Positions 38,889-49,440 are shown, counted from the stretch's first letter. The stretch is 64,000 nucleotides of DNA from Candidatus Hydrogenedentota bacterium (GCA_963674865.2 CAXXYE010000010.1:32001-96000), one strand, 5' to 3'. Numbers and translations: made by a program. Notes: generated from the letters alone by a model not told the origin.

Positions 38889-39521
38889 TTAGGAAAGCAG
38901 ACACAGTCCAATGGCAGCGCCAACCACCCCCGTGGACAAAATCCATGGCCAGAATCCTTCCGCCCAGGCGGCAAGACTGAGGAAGAGGAAGAAGAGCCCC
39001 GCGAGACATGCCAGTGCTGCCCAGCCATCGCCCGGGGATGGAGGCGAAGGCGCGCCCGCACTCGCCTGAAACGGGGCAGGTTCGGCCTCTGGACTCAATG
39101 TCAGGGGCGTTTCGTTCTTACTTAGCGCGGGCTCGGACGACCCTTCATCCGAAAGAGGCTCGAACGCGGCCTGGACATCGCGGAAGATGCCCACCAGCAA
39201 ATTCTGACACGTGCGGCACCGGCTTAAGTGGGCCTCGACTTCTTCGCGCTCTTTCTCGGACAGGCCTTTGTCCAGATAGAGTCCCAGGGTTTCAGCTGCC
39301 AGACAGGGCTCAACGGGATATTCTGCCTCGTCGTCCAAGAGGCGCCGGAAGCGTTTCACCTCCTCGCGAACGCTCTCGATATGGGCGGCGCATTTTGCGC
39401 AGTGCTTCAGATGCCGTTCAAAGTGGTCGCCGGTTTCGTCAGGTACTTGGCCCAGAACGTAGGCATCGAGGAGGTGATCCGGCAGGCAGTCCCCGGAACC
39501 CGATTTAATGTCCGGGTTCAT
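38889..39521 (-). CDS. Anti-sigma factor with two zf-HC2 (ZAS) motifs and C-terminal TM helices
   Basis: HLKHCAKC and HLSRCRTC; hydrophobic C-terminus; overlaps the 3' end of the ECF gene. Confidence 0.82.
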   Translation of the reverse strand: MNPDIKSGSGDCLPDHLLDAYVLGQVPDETGDHFERHLKHCAKCAAHIESVREEVKRFRRLLDDEAEYPVEPCLAAETLGLYLDKGLSEKEREEVEAHLSRCRTCQNLLVGIFRDVQAAFEPLSDEGSSEPALSKNETPLTLSPEAEPAPFQASAGAPSPPSPGDGWAALACLAGLFFLFLSLAAWAEGFWPWILSTGVVGAAIGLCLLS

Positions 39522-40097
39522 CACGTCTCCCTTCAAGAAGTCTGCGCAGCTTCGCTTTCGACCGGCGGAGACGCGCCGAGATCGTGTTGATATTCATACC
39601 CATAATCTCAGCGGTCTCAGCATACTTGAGCCCTTGAACGAAGAACAACTCGAGCACGAGGCGGTCCTGAGGCGGGAGGTCTGACAGGCCTCCGTAGAGG
39701 GCGGGCGTCTTCGCGCTCTCGCGCGATTACCCTGTCCGCAGGAGAGGCGACATAGCCGTCGGATTCCCGATGGGCTGCTTCAACGATGCGGTTCCGCGTC
39801 GTCCATCGCCGTGCATAATCCACGGTGTAATTGTGAGCAACGGTCATCAGGCAGGCATTTAGGGATTTGGCCTTTCTCACCCGGCCAAGTGCGCGGCATC
39901 CATCCGCAAGCAGGCGCTCGATGATCTCGTTGCGGATGTCCTGCACGGCCGACCACAAGGGGCATTCGCTGACATGCGCTGAAGTTTACTGGTTACGGCG
40001 CGCTGGATGAATTCGGCTAGAGGGCCACGAAATGCGCCTTGGCCTCATCATCGCCCCGGACACATCGTGCGATCAGTTGTGTCGTATTTTCCGGCAT
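39505..40097 (-). pseudogene. ECF sigma factor broken by three frameshifts (pseudogene or sequencing error)
   Basis: Stitched across frames: MPENTTQLIARCVRGDDEAKAHFVAL / AEFIQRAV.. / VQDI..LMTVAHNYTVDYAR.. / LSDLPPQDRLVLELFFVQGLKYAETAEIMGMNINTISARLRRSKAKL. Confidence 0.85.
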
Positions 40098-40145
40098 CCT
40101 GGTCCGTCTTGATCGCTGTAAAGCCCCGACGTGGCGTTCGGCCAC

Positions 40146-41714
40146 TTAGTGCAACAGTGCAACCACCCTGTTGACCACCTGGACCTCCTCCGCGCCCAGT
40201 CCTGTCGTGAGCAACCCCAATTGCCACGGATACAGCGTCAGGAGAACACGATGGATCACCGCCCAGAACGACACAGCGGACAGGAAACCACCAAGAATCA
40301 CACCATAGTAGCGACGCCTGAGCACGCCGGCGGCCTTACGCCGCTCTTTGCGTGCAAGCCGCAGTACATCGTCCATGCCATCGGACTTCGCCGCATTGCC
40401 CGCCGCCTCGGCGGGCCGTGTCAACGTTAAGAAAGGGTACAGCGCGCCAAAGATCAGGAGGCCGGCTACCGTGCCCCACCACAAGTAGAGCACGGTACGC
40501 ATCCAACTATCCTGCGATGCCGAAACGCGCTGCAGCGCCATGGTCAGCAGGAGCAGGGCCAGAAATACGGCGCTCCCCCCAATCATCATCGCGCGCCCGG
40601 CCCCGGTGTGAGGCACGTTCCAGTGCCTGCGCTCGCCGCGAACGATTCTGCCCGCGGCGCAGCTCAAAATGTACACGGCAACTAGGGCCGCCAAGGTCCA
40701 TCCGCAGAGGCCAAGAGGGAACTTGTACTTGAGGCGGTCGGCCTCGATCTTCACGTCCCTGGACTCGAGAAACCGGGAGAGCCACCCGTTGGCAGTTTGC
40801 AGCTTGATGCGGCGTTCGATGAGTTTCTCGCTTGGTTGTCCCTTCTCGAGTTCGTAGATGCGCTCACGCAATTGAAGCGCGGCCAGTTGGATGTGTACGC
40901 CCGCGGTGGCCTGGACCGTGCCGGGTTCCGCACTCGTCACGAGGCGTTCTCCCATTGTTTGCAGAGTCTCGAGCCAAAGGTCCCAATACTGGACGCGGTT
41001 CTGGGCAATATCTCTCTCGGCAGCGGAGGTAATCCAGCGTGTGTATTCGTAGAGAGGGGCGCAGCACTCGTCGATAGCCTGCCTGCGAAGCGCGGCATAG
41101 CACTCGCCTGCCTGCGGTAATCCCGAAAACCACAACGGCGGCGGGAAGATGACCTTCAACGCGCTATTATTCGTCTTGGCCACCTGCGCGAGTGACCCGC
41201 TCAGGTTCAGGGCATCGCCCGGGCCGCGTAGCCGCGCGGCGGCTTCGAGGTACATAGGCAGGGCATTCCTCGGTGGGTGCGCGCTGGCCTCACTGAAAAG
41301 AGCGCCGGCGTCCTGCCAGCGGCCGGCCCCGAAGAGGCGGCAGCCATAGCGGATCGCGAGGAAGGAATTCGCCGGGGACACGGCGTATGCCTTCTCATAA
41401 GTGGGAAGGACCAGATCATCCTCTTCGCGTTCCGCCAAGGCCTCGAGATACTTGGGCGTTGGCGAGTCACCTCGCTTGGATTCGATCTTGACGGCCTGTC
41501 TGAGGAGGACCCGTGCCGATTCGGGCGCCATCGTCAGCGAGCCCAGATACAATCGCTCGGTTTGCTCGTACCTGAGGAAGTTCTCTGAGAACCAAAGCAT
41601 CCATGTGAAGGCAACGCACGAGAAGACGCACAGGCGAAACGCTCGCCGTGTGCGCCGGGCGCCGGCCGAATCGCCGCCTACCCCGTATTCCGCAAAGCCG
41701 TTTGGTGCGCTCAA
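40146..41714 (-). CDS. Membrane protein with a TPR-like extracytoplasmic region and several C-terminal TM helices
   Basis: 522-aa ORF overlapping the pgi stop; N-terminal TM, TPR-like segment (YEKAYAVSPAN), 4-5 TM segments. Confidence 0.7.
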   Translation of the reverse strand: MSAPNGFAEYGVGGDSAGARRTRRAFRLCVFSCVAFTWMLWFSENFLRYEQTERLYLGSLTMAPESARVLLRQAVKIESKRGDSPTPKYLEALAEREEDDLVLPTYEKAYAVSPANSFLAIRYGCRLFGAGRWQDAGALFSEASAHPPRNALPMYLEAAARLRGPGDALNLSGSLAQVAKTNNSALKVIFPPPLWFSGLPQAGECYAALRRQAIDECCAPLYEYTRWITSAAERDIAQNRVQYWDLWLETLQTMGERLVTSAEPGTVQATAGVHIQLAALQLRERIYELEKGQPSEKLIERRIKLQTANGWLSRFLESRDVKIEADRLKYKFPLGLCGWTLAALVAVYILSCAAGRIVRGERRHWNVPHTGAGRAMMIGGSAVFLALLLLTMALQRVSASQDSWMRTVLYLWWGTVAGLLIFGALYPFLTLTRPAEAAGNAAKSDGMDDVLRLARKERRKAAGVLRRRYYGVILGGFLSAVSFWAVIHRVLLTLYPWQLGLLTTGLGAEEVQVVNRVVALLH

Positions 41715-43078
41715 CCGGCGTCTCCCATCAATCTGCGAGCAATCCGTTTGCCTTCTTCGACCCCAGGTTGGTCGAAGGTCTGAACGTGGTACAAGCGGCC
41801 GGCCATTGCCGTCTCGACTTCGAGCATGTAGAGCAATTGTCCGATGGTGTGCGCATTGACGCGTGGGAGAATGATCCGGGAAACGGGCCGTTGGCTCAGG
41901 CGTAAGGCGTCCATCGTTCCGCGGAGTTCCGCGGCCAAGAGGCGGTTCATCGTCTTTCCACGCAGATAGGCGAGTTCGGGAATGCTGTCAAGGGCGCCGG
42001 GAATGCGGAGTGTCTTGTCGAAGCGACGGACCTCCAAGATGTTGATGAGCTTGTCGTTCGGCCCTTCGCGATAAAGCTGTATCTGGGAGTGTTGGTCGGT
42101 CGCTCCAAGGGCTTTCACAGGGGTCTGTCCAACAAAGACCTCATCGCCATCCAGATTCAACTTCTTACCAAGGCTTTCGGCCCAGAGTTGGCGGTACCAA
42201 TCCGCCACGTCCCGCAAGGCGTCCGAGTAAGGCATCATGACGGAAATGGTCTTCCCCTTGCGCGTGTCCGCGAGGTACTGGACGGCCGCGCGAAGATAGG
42301 CAGGATTATCGGCCGATTCCGGCGTGGCGCAACGGGCATCCATCGCGGCGCAGCCGGCACAGAGTTCGTCGATGTCCATGCCGAGCATGGCGGCAGGGAA
42401 CATGCCCACCGGCGAGAAGACAGAGAACCGCCCCCCAACGTTGAGCGGCACGGCAAACGACACCAGTCCGTAGGCATCCGCCACGGTGTGCAGAAGGCTC
42501 GGGGGAGCGCCCCCACCGCGCGGATTGCTCGTAACGACGACATGCTCTTTCATGGCGTCGGCGCCCAGCTTCTTCTCGATGGCGTCCACGATGATCATGA
42601 GCTGGGACATAGTCTCCGCCGTGCCGCCCGACTTCGAGATCACGTTGTATACGGTCTCGCTGGGGCGGCACAGACGCATCATCTGTCGGAAAGAGACAGG
42701 GTCGATGTTGTCCATGACAAAGACCCTGGGATAGCCACCCCGGCCGCGTGGCGTCAGGAGGTTGTAGTACGGGGATTTGAGGGCCGTAACCAGCGCCGTG
42801 GTTCCCAAGGCGGAGCCGCCGATTCCCAGGATGACCAGGTTGCGGGGACGCTTGGCCTGGAACTCCGCCGCCTTCTCCTTGACGTCGCGAAGGGCCGATT
42901 CATCCTTGTAGAGATCGTAGAAGCCGTAGACGCTGTCGCGCCGCTCCCGGAGCAGGATCTCGTGCGCATCGGCCACCCGGGCCTCGAGCTCCCGGAACTC
43001 CTTTGGTGTGAAGCCATTAGCGTCGCCGACGGCCGAAGCCTTTGCCCGCGATACATCAACGCGAATATCCAGGTTCAT
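41711..43078 (-). CDS. pgi: Glucose-6-phosphate isomerase
   Basis: LGIGGSALG, ISKSGGTAET, VGGRFSV, QLWAESLGK, DQHS, FDQPGVEEGK. Confidence 0.96.
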   Translation of the reverse strand: MNLDIRVDVSRAKASAVGDANGFTPKEFRELEARVADAHEILLRERRDSVYGFYDLYKDESALRDVKEKAAEFQAKRPRNLVILGIGGSALGTTALVTALKSPYYNLLTPRGRGGYPRVFVMDNIDPVSFRQMMRLCRPSETVYNVISKSGGTAETMSQLMIIVDAIEKKLGADAMKEHVVVTSNPRGGGAPPSLLHTVADAYGLVSFAVPLNVGGRFSVFSPVGMFPAAMLGMDIDELCAGCAAMDARCATPESADNPAYLRAAVQYLADTRKGKTISVMMPYSDALRDVADWYRQLWAESLGKKLNLDGDEVFVGQTPVKALGATDQHSQIQLYREGPNDKLINILEVRRFDKTLRIPGALDSIPELAYLRGKTMNRLLAAELRGTMDALRLSQRPVSRIILPRVNAHTIGQLLYMLEVETAMAGRLYHVQTFDQPGVEEGKRIARRLMGDAG

Positions 43079-45645
43079 GGTCCTTTCCCCTCCCGCCGTT
43101 CAAAGAACTCCGCCAATGCCTGGTAGACGCCTTTCCTCGGCCCGTTCACGATGCGTAGGCCGGGCAGCGAATCAAGAAATAGCCGGCCGTAATGGCGTTT
43201 CACAACGCGCGAATCAAGCACGAGAATTGCCCCACGGTCGCTTCGATGCCGTATCAAACGGCCGAAGCCCTGCCGGAACTTGATGATTGCCTGGGGCACG
43301 GTATACGAAAGAAATGAGTTCCCTCCCGCCTCGTCAATGGCCTCGGCTCGGGCCTGAACCGTCGGCTCCGTGGGTACACGAAATGGGAGTTTCGGGAGTA
43401 TAACACACTGCAGCGATTCGCCGACAACGTCAACGCCTTCCCAGAAGCTGTCCGTGGCGAAGAGGACCCCCGAGGGCGCAGCGCGGAATTCGTCCAGCAT
43501 TCGGGAACGGGCGGCCGAACCTTGTTTCAGGGGCAGGATTCCGGCGTGGCGCAGCTCGGATTCGAGTCGGGTGTAGGTATAGTCGAGCGCATAGAATGAC
43601 GTAAACAGCACGAAGGCGTGTCCCTTCGTTATGCGGAGGGCATCACGGATGCAATCAACCGTCTGCTCGAGGAAGTCAGCGCTATCGGGTGGCTGAAGGT
43701 CTCGCGGGATACAGAGCACGGCCTGTCGAGTGAAGTCGAAAGGCGAATCGAGCACCGCTGTCTCGGGCTCACGGTCCTCAACGTAGTCCAGGCCGATCCT
43801 GGAGAACAGATAACCGAAACTCCGCTGAACGGCCAAGGTGGCCGAGGTCATGATCACGGTGCGCAGATTGGCATACACCCATTCCGCCAGGGGGCGGCCG
43901 ACCTCCAGAGGACAACTCGCGAGCCGCACGAACTTAGCGCGGTAGGCGTCGATCTCGATCCATCGCACCGTATTCGGCTGAAGCGTCTCGCTCGTTGTCT
44001 CGCCGAGAACGTTCGCTACGCGGCACAGCCGTTCGGCATATCCCCGCAATTGACTCACTTCGAGGAGAAACGGAGGCTCATCCGCCGCGCTCGCGGCAGT
44101 GATGTCCTTCAGGCTGCGCCAGAGTTCCGTGCAGTGCCTTGCGCACCGCAGCAACTCCTCGACAGCCGGGGCGACACAGCCCGCATGGACTTCTCTGAGC
44201 GCTTCGTCGCGAAGGGCCTCCTCGGTAAGCCGCCACTTGATGTCGCGCCCAAGCTGCCCGCACTTCTCGGAAGCGACGCCGCGCAAAGCATCGAATGCCG
44301 CAACCACAGTCTCGCGCGCGACGGCCAGCGATGGCAAGAGCTCGTTATCGATTAGGTCCTGGATGCGGTCGATCGTCGCCATCGCGACGCTGCCGGCCGC
44401 CAAAACCAGCTTCCGCTTGATGTAAGGTATCAGCCCGCGCTCCCGGCCTCGTTCGGTTCTCACGAATCGCCCGAATAGGGCGAGGCTGCCGAGGCGCGTT
44501 ATGGAGGCGCCGAAGTACTGCGTGGCCGCGTCTTCGATGTTGTGCGCTTCGTCGAAGATAACGCGCCGGTATGCAGGCAACACCGCGAGAGCACTGAAAC
44601 TGCCGACCTCCTTCTTGATGGCCAGGTCGGAGAAGAGCATGTGATGATTGGCGATGATCAAGTCGGCCTTGGCGATATCGCGGCGCGCTTTCATCACGAA
44701 GCACGCCTTGGCAGAGGAGCACTGCGTGCCCGTGCAGGTGTCCGCTTCGGAACAGACTTCGCTCCAGACGCCTCGGGCCGGCACAAACGGCAGATCGGAA
44801 ACACTTCCGTCGCTTGTCTTGCGGGACCACTCCTCCAGCGCCGTAAGCGTCTCGGCCGTTTCCTCGTCTTCGAATAAAGTGGCCTCGGATAGGGCGCGCG
44901 CAAGTCTCCTGCGGCAGAGGTAGTTGCCACGGCCCTTCACAAGGACGGCATTGAACGATTCGTCAAGGCACTTGGTGAGGGCGGGAATATCCTTGTGGAT
45001 AATCTGCTCTTGTAGGTTGATTGTCTTCGTCGATACGACCACGCGCTCACGGTTACGCACGGCCCAAAGCACGGCCGGCAACAGGTAGGCGAGTGTCTTG
45101 CCGACGCCGGTGGGCGCCTCGACTACGGCAATGCCGTCGCCGTTGAAGGCGCGTGCTACGGCATCCATCATCTCGGTTTGCTGTGGACGGACCTCGAAGC
45201 CGGGCAAGACGCGCGCCAGCCGCCCGTTGGGGCGGAAGGCGCGCTCCAGTTCATTCGGGCTGAGTCTGTGTATTTCTTCCGGAAGGAAAGGCTCGACGAT
45301 GACGTAGACGCGGCTTAGGCCGTTGTCGACGATGTAGACGCCGTGCCCTTCGTGGCCGAACAGCGCCGAGAGGTCAAGGTCGGCATCCGAGGGATTGAGG
45401 TCGCCGGAGGGATGGTTGTGGAGGACGACTTCTCGCGGTTTGAGTGACTCGCAGAAAGCGGGAACGGCCTCGGCGTTTCCGCGCGCGCAGACGCGCACGT
45501 CGCATATCAGGCCGTCGCCGTCCAACGCGCCGGCGAAGAATACCTCGTTGCCTCCGGCCTCGCCGATGGCGCGTCCCATCTTCTCACGGGCATGCGCACG
45601 AATTCGGACGGCCGCGTCTTCGCCGATCTCAGGAGACGCACTCAA
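43075..45645 (-). CDS. DinG/YoaA-family Fe-S helicase with N-terminal JAB/RadC-like domain
   Basis: HNHPSG...PSDAD; EAPTGVGKT, KGRGNYLC, Cys cluster, DEAH, TSAT, FWEGVD, QGFGRLIR. Confidence 0.92.
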   Translation of the reverse strand: MSASPEIGEDAAVRIRAHAREKMGRAIGEAGGNEVFFAGALDGDGLICDVRVCARGNAEAVPAFCESLKPREVVLHNHPSGDLNPSDADLDLSALFGHEGHGVYIVDNGLSRVYVIVEPFLPEEIHRLSPNELERAFRPNGRLARVLPGFEVRPQQTEMMDAVARAFNGDGIAVVEAPTGVGKTLAYLLPAVLWAVRNRERVVVSTKTINLQEQIIHKDIPALTKCLDESFNAVLVKGRGNYLCRRRLARALSEATLFEDEETAETLTALEEWSRKTSDGSVSDLPFVPARGVWSEVCSEADTCTGTQCSSAKACFVMKARRDIAKADLIIANHHMLFSDLAIKKEVGSFSALAVLPAYRRVIFDEAHNIEDAATQYFGASITRLGSLALFGRFVRTERGRERGLIPYIKRKLVLAAGSVAMATIDRIQDLIDNELLPSLAVARETVVAAFDALRGVASEKCGQLGRDIKWRLTEEALRDEALREVHAGCVAPAVEELLRCARHCTELWRSLKDITAASAADEPPFLLEVSQLRGYAERLCRVANVLGETTSETLQPNTVRWIEIDAYRAKFVRLASCPLEVGRPLAEWVYANLRTVIMTSATLAVQRSFGYLFSRIGLDYVEDREPETAVLDSPFDFTRQAVLCIPRDLQPPDSADFLEQTVDCIRDALRITKGHAFVLFTSFYALDYTYTRLESELRHAGILPLKQGSAARSRMLDEFRAAPSGVLFATDSFWEGVDVVGESLQCVILPKLPFRVPTEPTVQARAEAIDEAGGNSFLSYTVPQAIIKFRQGFGRLIRHRSDRGAILVLDSRVVKRHYGRLFLDSLPGLRIVNGPRKGVYQALAEFFERREGKGP

Positions 45646-45791
45646 CTTCAGCCTCTCCCAAGTTCACGCAAGCATCGCGTTTTGGTTGGCGAGCCACTCG
45701 CCGGATAGCGCCCTTACGGGCCGCTCCGCTAAAGCCGTATGGACGGCGTTCGAGGAAGTCAACCAAGCGTGGGTGAAGTGCCCAGCCGCTC

Positions 45792-46358
45792 TCACTGCAA
45801 GGGCCTGGCGATGAGGTTCATGAATTCTGTTCGAGTGGCCATGCTGTTGTGGAAACTTCCGAGCACGGAGGAAGTCGTCATGACGGAGTTCTGCTTCTCA
45901 ACGCCCCGCATCATCGTGCAGAGGTGTCGGCACTCGATGACGACCCCCACGCCCTCGGCCTGGGTCGCAGCCATCACTTCGTGCGCGATCTGGGCGGTCA
46001 GGCGCTCCTGGATCTGCAAACGGCGGGCGTAGTTGTCAACGATCCTCGACAGCTTGCTCAGTCCGATCACCCTGTTCTCGGCGATGTAGCCGATGTGACA
46101 CCGGCCGAAGAACGGCAGCATGTGATGCTCGCATAGACTGTAGACTTCGATGTCTCGCGAGATAATCATATTGTTCGACTCCGCCTGAAACACGGCGTCG
46201 TTGATAAGCGCGCTTGTATTGGTTCGGTAGCCCGACGTGAGGTACTCGTAAGCGCGAGCCACGCGCTCGGGGGTCTTCAACAGCCCTTCCCGCTCGGGAT
46301 CTTCGCCAATCTCGATCAATAACTCGCGAATGAGTTTCTGTACGCGTTCAAGGTTCAT
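45792..46358 (-). CDS. folE: GTP cyclohydrolase I
   Basis: [40 protein letters not shown] coupling to folK. Confidence 0.97.
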   Translation of the reverse strand: MNLERVQKLIRELLIEIGEDPEREGLLKTPERVARAYEYLTSGYRTNTSALINDAVFQAESNNMIISRDIEVYSLCEHHMLPFFGRCHIGYIAENRVIGLSKLSRIVDNYARRLQIQERLTAQIAHEVMAATQAEGVGVVIECRHLCTMMRGVEKQNSVMTTSSVLGSFHNSMATRTEFMNLIARPLQ

Positions 46359-46915
46359 CCCATTACCCTCGCTCTCAACCATTGCGTGTAATCATACATG
46401 GGAATCATCCTGGTTTCATCCGGCATGCCGTCCACAACGGCGGATATGGCCTCCTCGGTGTCCGGCAGGATCAAATCGGGCGCCAGTTCGAGCAGAGGCA
46501 CGGCTAGGAATCGCCGTGTCCGGACATCCGGATCCGGTATCTGGAGTCCCGGCTCTCTCACGACAATGTCCCCGAGAAGGAGGATGTCCAGGTCGATGGC
46601 GCGGGGCGCGTACCTGTCCGCAGAGCGTGCGCGCCCCAAGGCGGCTTCGATAGGCCTCAAGACGTCGAGTTTCAGAGCAGCCGCCGAAAGCCCTGTCATG
46701 GCCAGGCAGACGCCGTTGATGAAGTCGGGCTGTTCAGGCCGGCCCAGGGCGGGCGTGCTATAGAAAGTGGAAAGCGCAGTCACATGGACGTGTTCGGCGA
46801 GTAGCGTCAGGGCTTTGAGAATGTTCGGCTCGGGATCAATATTTGAGCCAACGGCAATGAAGGAAGCTCGCAGTTCATCCGCCACGGGCATCTCTCCGGA
46901 CAACCGCTCAGGCAT
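46355..46915 (-). CDS. folK: 6-hydroxymethyl-7,8-dihydropterin pyrophosphokinase
   Basis: [37 protein letters not shown]. Confidence 0.93.
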   Translation of the reverse strand: MPERLSGEMPVADELRASFIAVGSNIDPEPNILKALTLLAEHVHVTALSTFYSTPALGRPEQPDFINGVCLAMTGLSAAALKLDVLRPIEAALGRARSADRYAPRAIDLDILLLGDIVVREPGLQIPDPDVRTRRFLAVPLLELAPDLILPDTEEAISAVVDGMPDETRMIPMYDYTQWLRARVMG

Positions 46916-47285
46916 TGTCCGCGCGTTCGCGCGTGATCGCCACGGCGACGCTTCTAGCGAAGCGCAAGGCGCCGGGCTTGTCGATGACGACCTCGACACG
47001 CTCGACCTTTGGATCTTCGAGGGCAATCTCCGCGGCGCGCTCCGCGAGACGCTCGACGAGGTAGAAGGATGAAGACTCGGCCATCGCAAGGATCGCCTGC
47101 TTAACGCGCTTGTAGTCCACGGTGTCTTCGATCTGATCGCTTTGCCCGGCCGGCCGCAGGTCCGCATACAAGGTTATGTTGACGAGGATCTCCTGGCGTT
47201 TCTCCCGCTCCTCCGGATAGATGCCGATGATGCAGCGAACGAGCAGATCCCGGATGAGAATTCTATCCAATCGCCGTTCAGCCAT
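46908..47285 (-). CDS. folB: Dihydroneopterin aldolase/epimerase (FolB/FolX family)
   Basis: IIGIYPEERE.RQ, DTVDY, LVERLAE, KPGALRFARSV. Confidence 0.85.
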   Translation of the reverse strand: MAERRLDRILIRDLLVRCIIGIYPEEREKRQEILVNITLYADLRPAGQSDQIEDTVDYKRVKQAILAMAESSSFYLVERLAERAAEIALEDPKVERVEVVIDKPGALRFARSVAVAITRERADNA

Positions 47286-48027
47286 ACACCGCTCCCCGCA
47301 GGCTGCGCCCGCCATCCACGTAGATGATCTGCCCGGTGACAAAATTACTGCGGAGCAGGAACAGCGCCGCCTCAACCACATCGTCCGTGTTGCCGTACGT
47401 GTTCAGCGGATTCGTCGGGGCCAGTTGTTTGAGGTAGTCCTCATCCTTGCCCTCGGGCGGTAAGATCAGTCCCGGCGCAATACCATTGACGCGAATCCTC
47501 GGGGCGAACTCGATCGCCATCATACGCGTCAAAGAGAGAAGCATCCGCTTGCTCAGGTGGTACGCCACGTGGTCCTTGTCGTAGTCGGCGACGCGCGTGT
47601 CGAGCATATTGATGATCGCGCCGGGCCGGTTCTGGGCGGCAAGACGGCGGGAAAGGAGAAGAGGCGCCGCGGCGTGGACGCTCACGTTGTTGAGAATCTG
47701 CTCGGGAGCGACGGACGCCAGCCGACTTTCTTGGAAGAACGATGCGTTGTTGATGAGAAAATCGATGGGCCCGGCCAAGTCCGTCGCACGCGGAAGCAAA
47801 GCATCCGCCTTCTCCGAGACGGCCAAGTCTGCCGGGAGGGCATATCCCTTTGGGCCGAGGGCGTTGATCTCGGCTACGAGGTCGGCCGCCTCGTCGGCCG
47901 AAGAGCGGTAATGCACGATCACGTTGACGCCCGCACGTGCCAGCCCAAGCGCGATCGCCCGTCCGAGGCGGCGCGCCGCCCCCGTGACAAGAGCATTGTG
48001 TCCACTGAGTTCGCTCATCGCTTGCAT
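47278..48027 (-). CDS. Pteridine reductase-like SDR (FolM/PTR1-like)
   Basis: TGAARRLG (Arg in the Gly-rich loop as in PTR1/FolM), NNAS, YHLSK, APGLIL; first gene of the pterin operon. Confidence 0.82.
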   Translation of the reverse strand: MQAMSELSGHNALVTGAARRLGRAIALGLARAGVNVIVHYRSSADEAADLVAEINALGPKGYALPADLAVSEKADALLPRATDLAGPIDFLINNASFFQESRLASVAPEQILNNVSVHAAAPLLLSRRLAAQNRPGAIINMLDTRVADYDKDHVAYHLSKRMLLSLTRMMAIEFAPRIRVNGIAPGLILPPEGKDEDYLKQLAPTNPLNTYGNTDDVVEAALFLLRSNFVTGQIIYVDGGRSLRGAVYG

Positions 48028-48060
48028 ACAGGCACTCCAGCGGCGAAAAAGTCGTTCATG

Positions 48061-49440
48061 TTATTCCGGCACCACAAAGGGGTCTTTGGCCTCGCGCAGG
48101 AGGGAGCGAAGCCGCGCTGTCAGATCGCTGCGGAGCGCCGCCGTCCCCGGTTCATTGACTAAGTTGACGAGTTGGGCGGAATCACGCTCGTTGTCGAAAA
48201 GGCACCAAGGCCGATCAGGATATACGGCGTACGTGTAACGCATGGTTCGGAGGCCGCGGAAGATGGGCGCGGGGTGGCTCTGGCCGCCCGACGCGTGGTC
48301 CTTGGCAATATGCATGATGAGCTGTGCCTCCGGGTCCGGCCCGTGCGCGCCGCGGAGCCAGGGGGAGAAATCCTGTCCTACACACGAGGCCGGCGCGGCT
48401 ACGCCCGCGGCGCCGCACAGCGTGGGCATCATGTCGGCGGCACCGAGAAGCGCGTCCACCTTCCGGCCGCGGGGGATCTGTCCGGGCCAGCGGAAAATAC
48501 ACGGCACGCGGATGGACTCCTCGTAAGGCTGGCGCTTGCTTCCCACGCCGTGCGACCCCAGCATGGTGCCGTGGTCGGAGGTGTAAATGAGTATGGTATC
48601 TTCCGTCAGGGCCAATTCATCCAACGCCGCCATAAGTCGAGCCAATTCGTCATCGATGGCGCTGACGTGCGCGTGGTAACCTTGGTAATATGGCCAGCTG
48701 TTCTGGTTCCAGATCTGGTTGTCAGGGGCTTGCCCCTGCGCTGCCCGTAGGTCCACGTTCTTGCGCCACGACAGCGACCCTTCGGGATACAGCCGCTTCT
48801 TCTCTTCCGGCGGATCGAGGAAACTGGCGTGCGGCGGGTTCCACGACAGCATCAGAAAGAACGGCTGTGTGCGGCGTTCCCCGATGAATTCGAGGGCTTG
48901 GTCCGTCATGAGGGAGGCGTTGTAGCCCTTCGGCGTAACCAGAGCGCCTTCCCTGGGATGGTAGCTTGAACGATCCCAGTGCTTTCCCGTGGCCGTCCAG
49001 ATAAGCGATCGATCGAAGCCGAAGGACTCGGCCCGTGTGCCTCCGAGATGCCACTTTCCGACGTAGGCTGTGTCGTATCCGGCGGCCTTGAAGGCTGTTC
49101 CGAGCATGCCGGCGTCGGCCGCCAGAGGTATGTTGTTGTCAATTACGCCCTGCTGATAAGGCCAACGGCCACTCATCAAAATCGCTCGGTATGGCGAGCA
49201 GACCGGATAGTTGCTGATGCAGTGCGTGAACTCGACACCCTCGGAGGCAAGCTGCGCCATGGCGGGAGTATGGACTTCCGGCATTTCGGAGCTGGCCATG
49301 GACTGCCAGCGGTGTTCGTCGCTGAAAGCAAAGACCACGTTGGGCGGCCGGGCCCGGGCACCGCGAAGAGTGGCGCACGAGGCGGCTACCGCCGCAACGG
49401 CGCCGCATCCGACTGCGCCCATAAACCGGCGGCGGGGCAA
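48061..49440 (-). CDS. Formylglycine-dependent sulfatase with Tat-like signal
   Basis: RRRFM signal, PNVVFAFSDE, CSPYRA (CxPxR), GKWHL, PPH, SDHG. Start uncertain (TTG 49440). Confidence 0.9.
   Translation of the reverse strand: MPRRRFMGAVGCGAVAAVAASCATLRGARARPPNVVFAFSDEHRWQSMASSEMPEVHTPAMAQLASEGVEFTHCISNYPVCSPYRAILMSGRWPYQQGVIDNNIPLAADAGMLGTAFKAAGYDTAYVGKWHLGGTRAESFGFDRSLIWTATGKHWDRSSYHPREGALVTPKGYNASLMTDQALEFIGERRTQPFFLMLSWNPPHASFLDPPEEKKRLYPEGSLSWRKNVDLRAAQGQAPDNQIWNQNSWPYYQGYHAHVSAIDDELARLMAALDELALTEDTILIYTSDHGTMLGSHGVGSKRQPYEESIRVPCIFRWPGQIPRGRKVDALLGAADMMPTLCGAAGVAAPASCVGQDFSPWLRGAHGPDPEAQLIMHIAKDHASGGQSHPAPIFRGLRTMRYTYAVYPDRPWCLFDNERDSAQLVNLVNEPGTAALRSDLTARLRSLLREAKDPFVVPE

Noticed and set aside
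39505..40097. Programmed frameshifting or stop readthrough in the ECF gene
   Set aside because: Three separate breaks with no slippery heptamer; decay or sequencing error is simpler.
42089..43126. 345-aa plus-strand ORF
   Set aside because: Antisense shadow of pgi.
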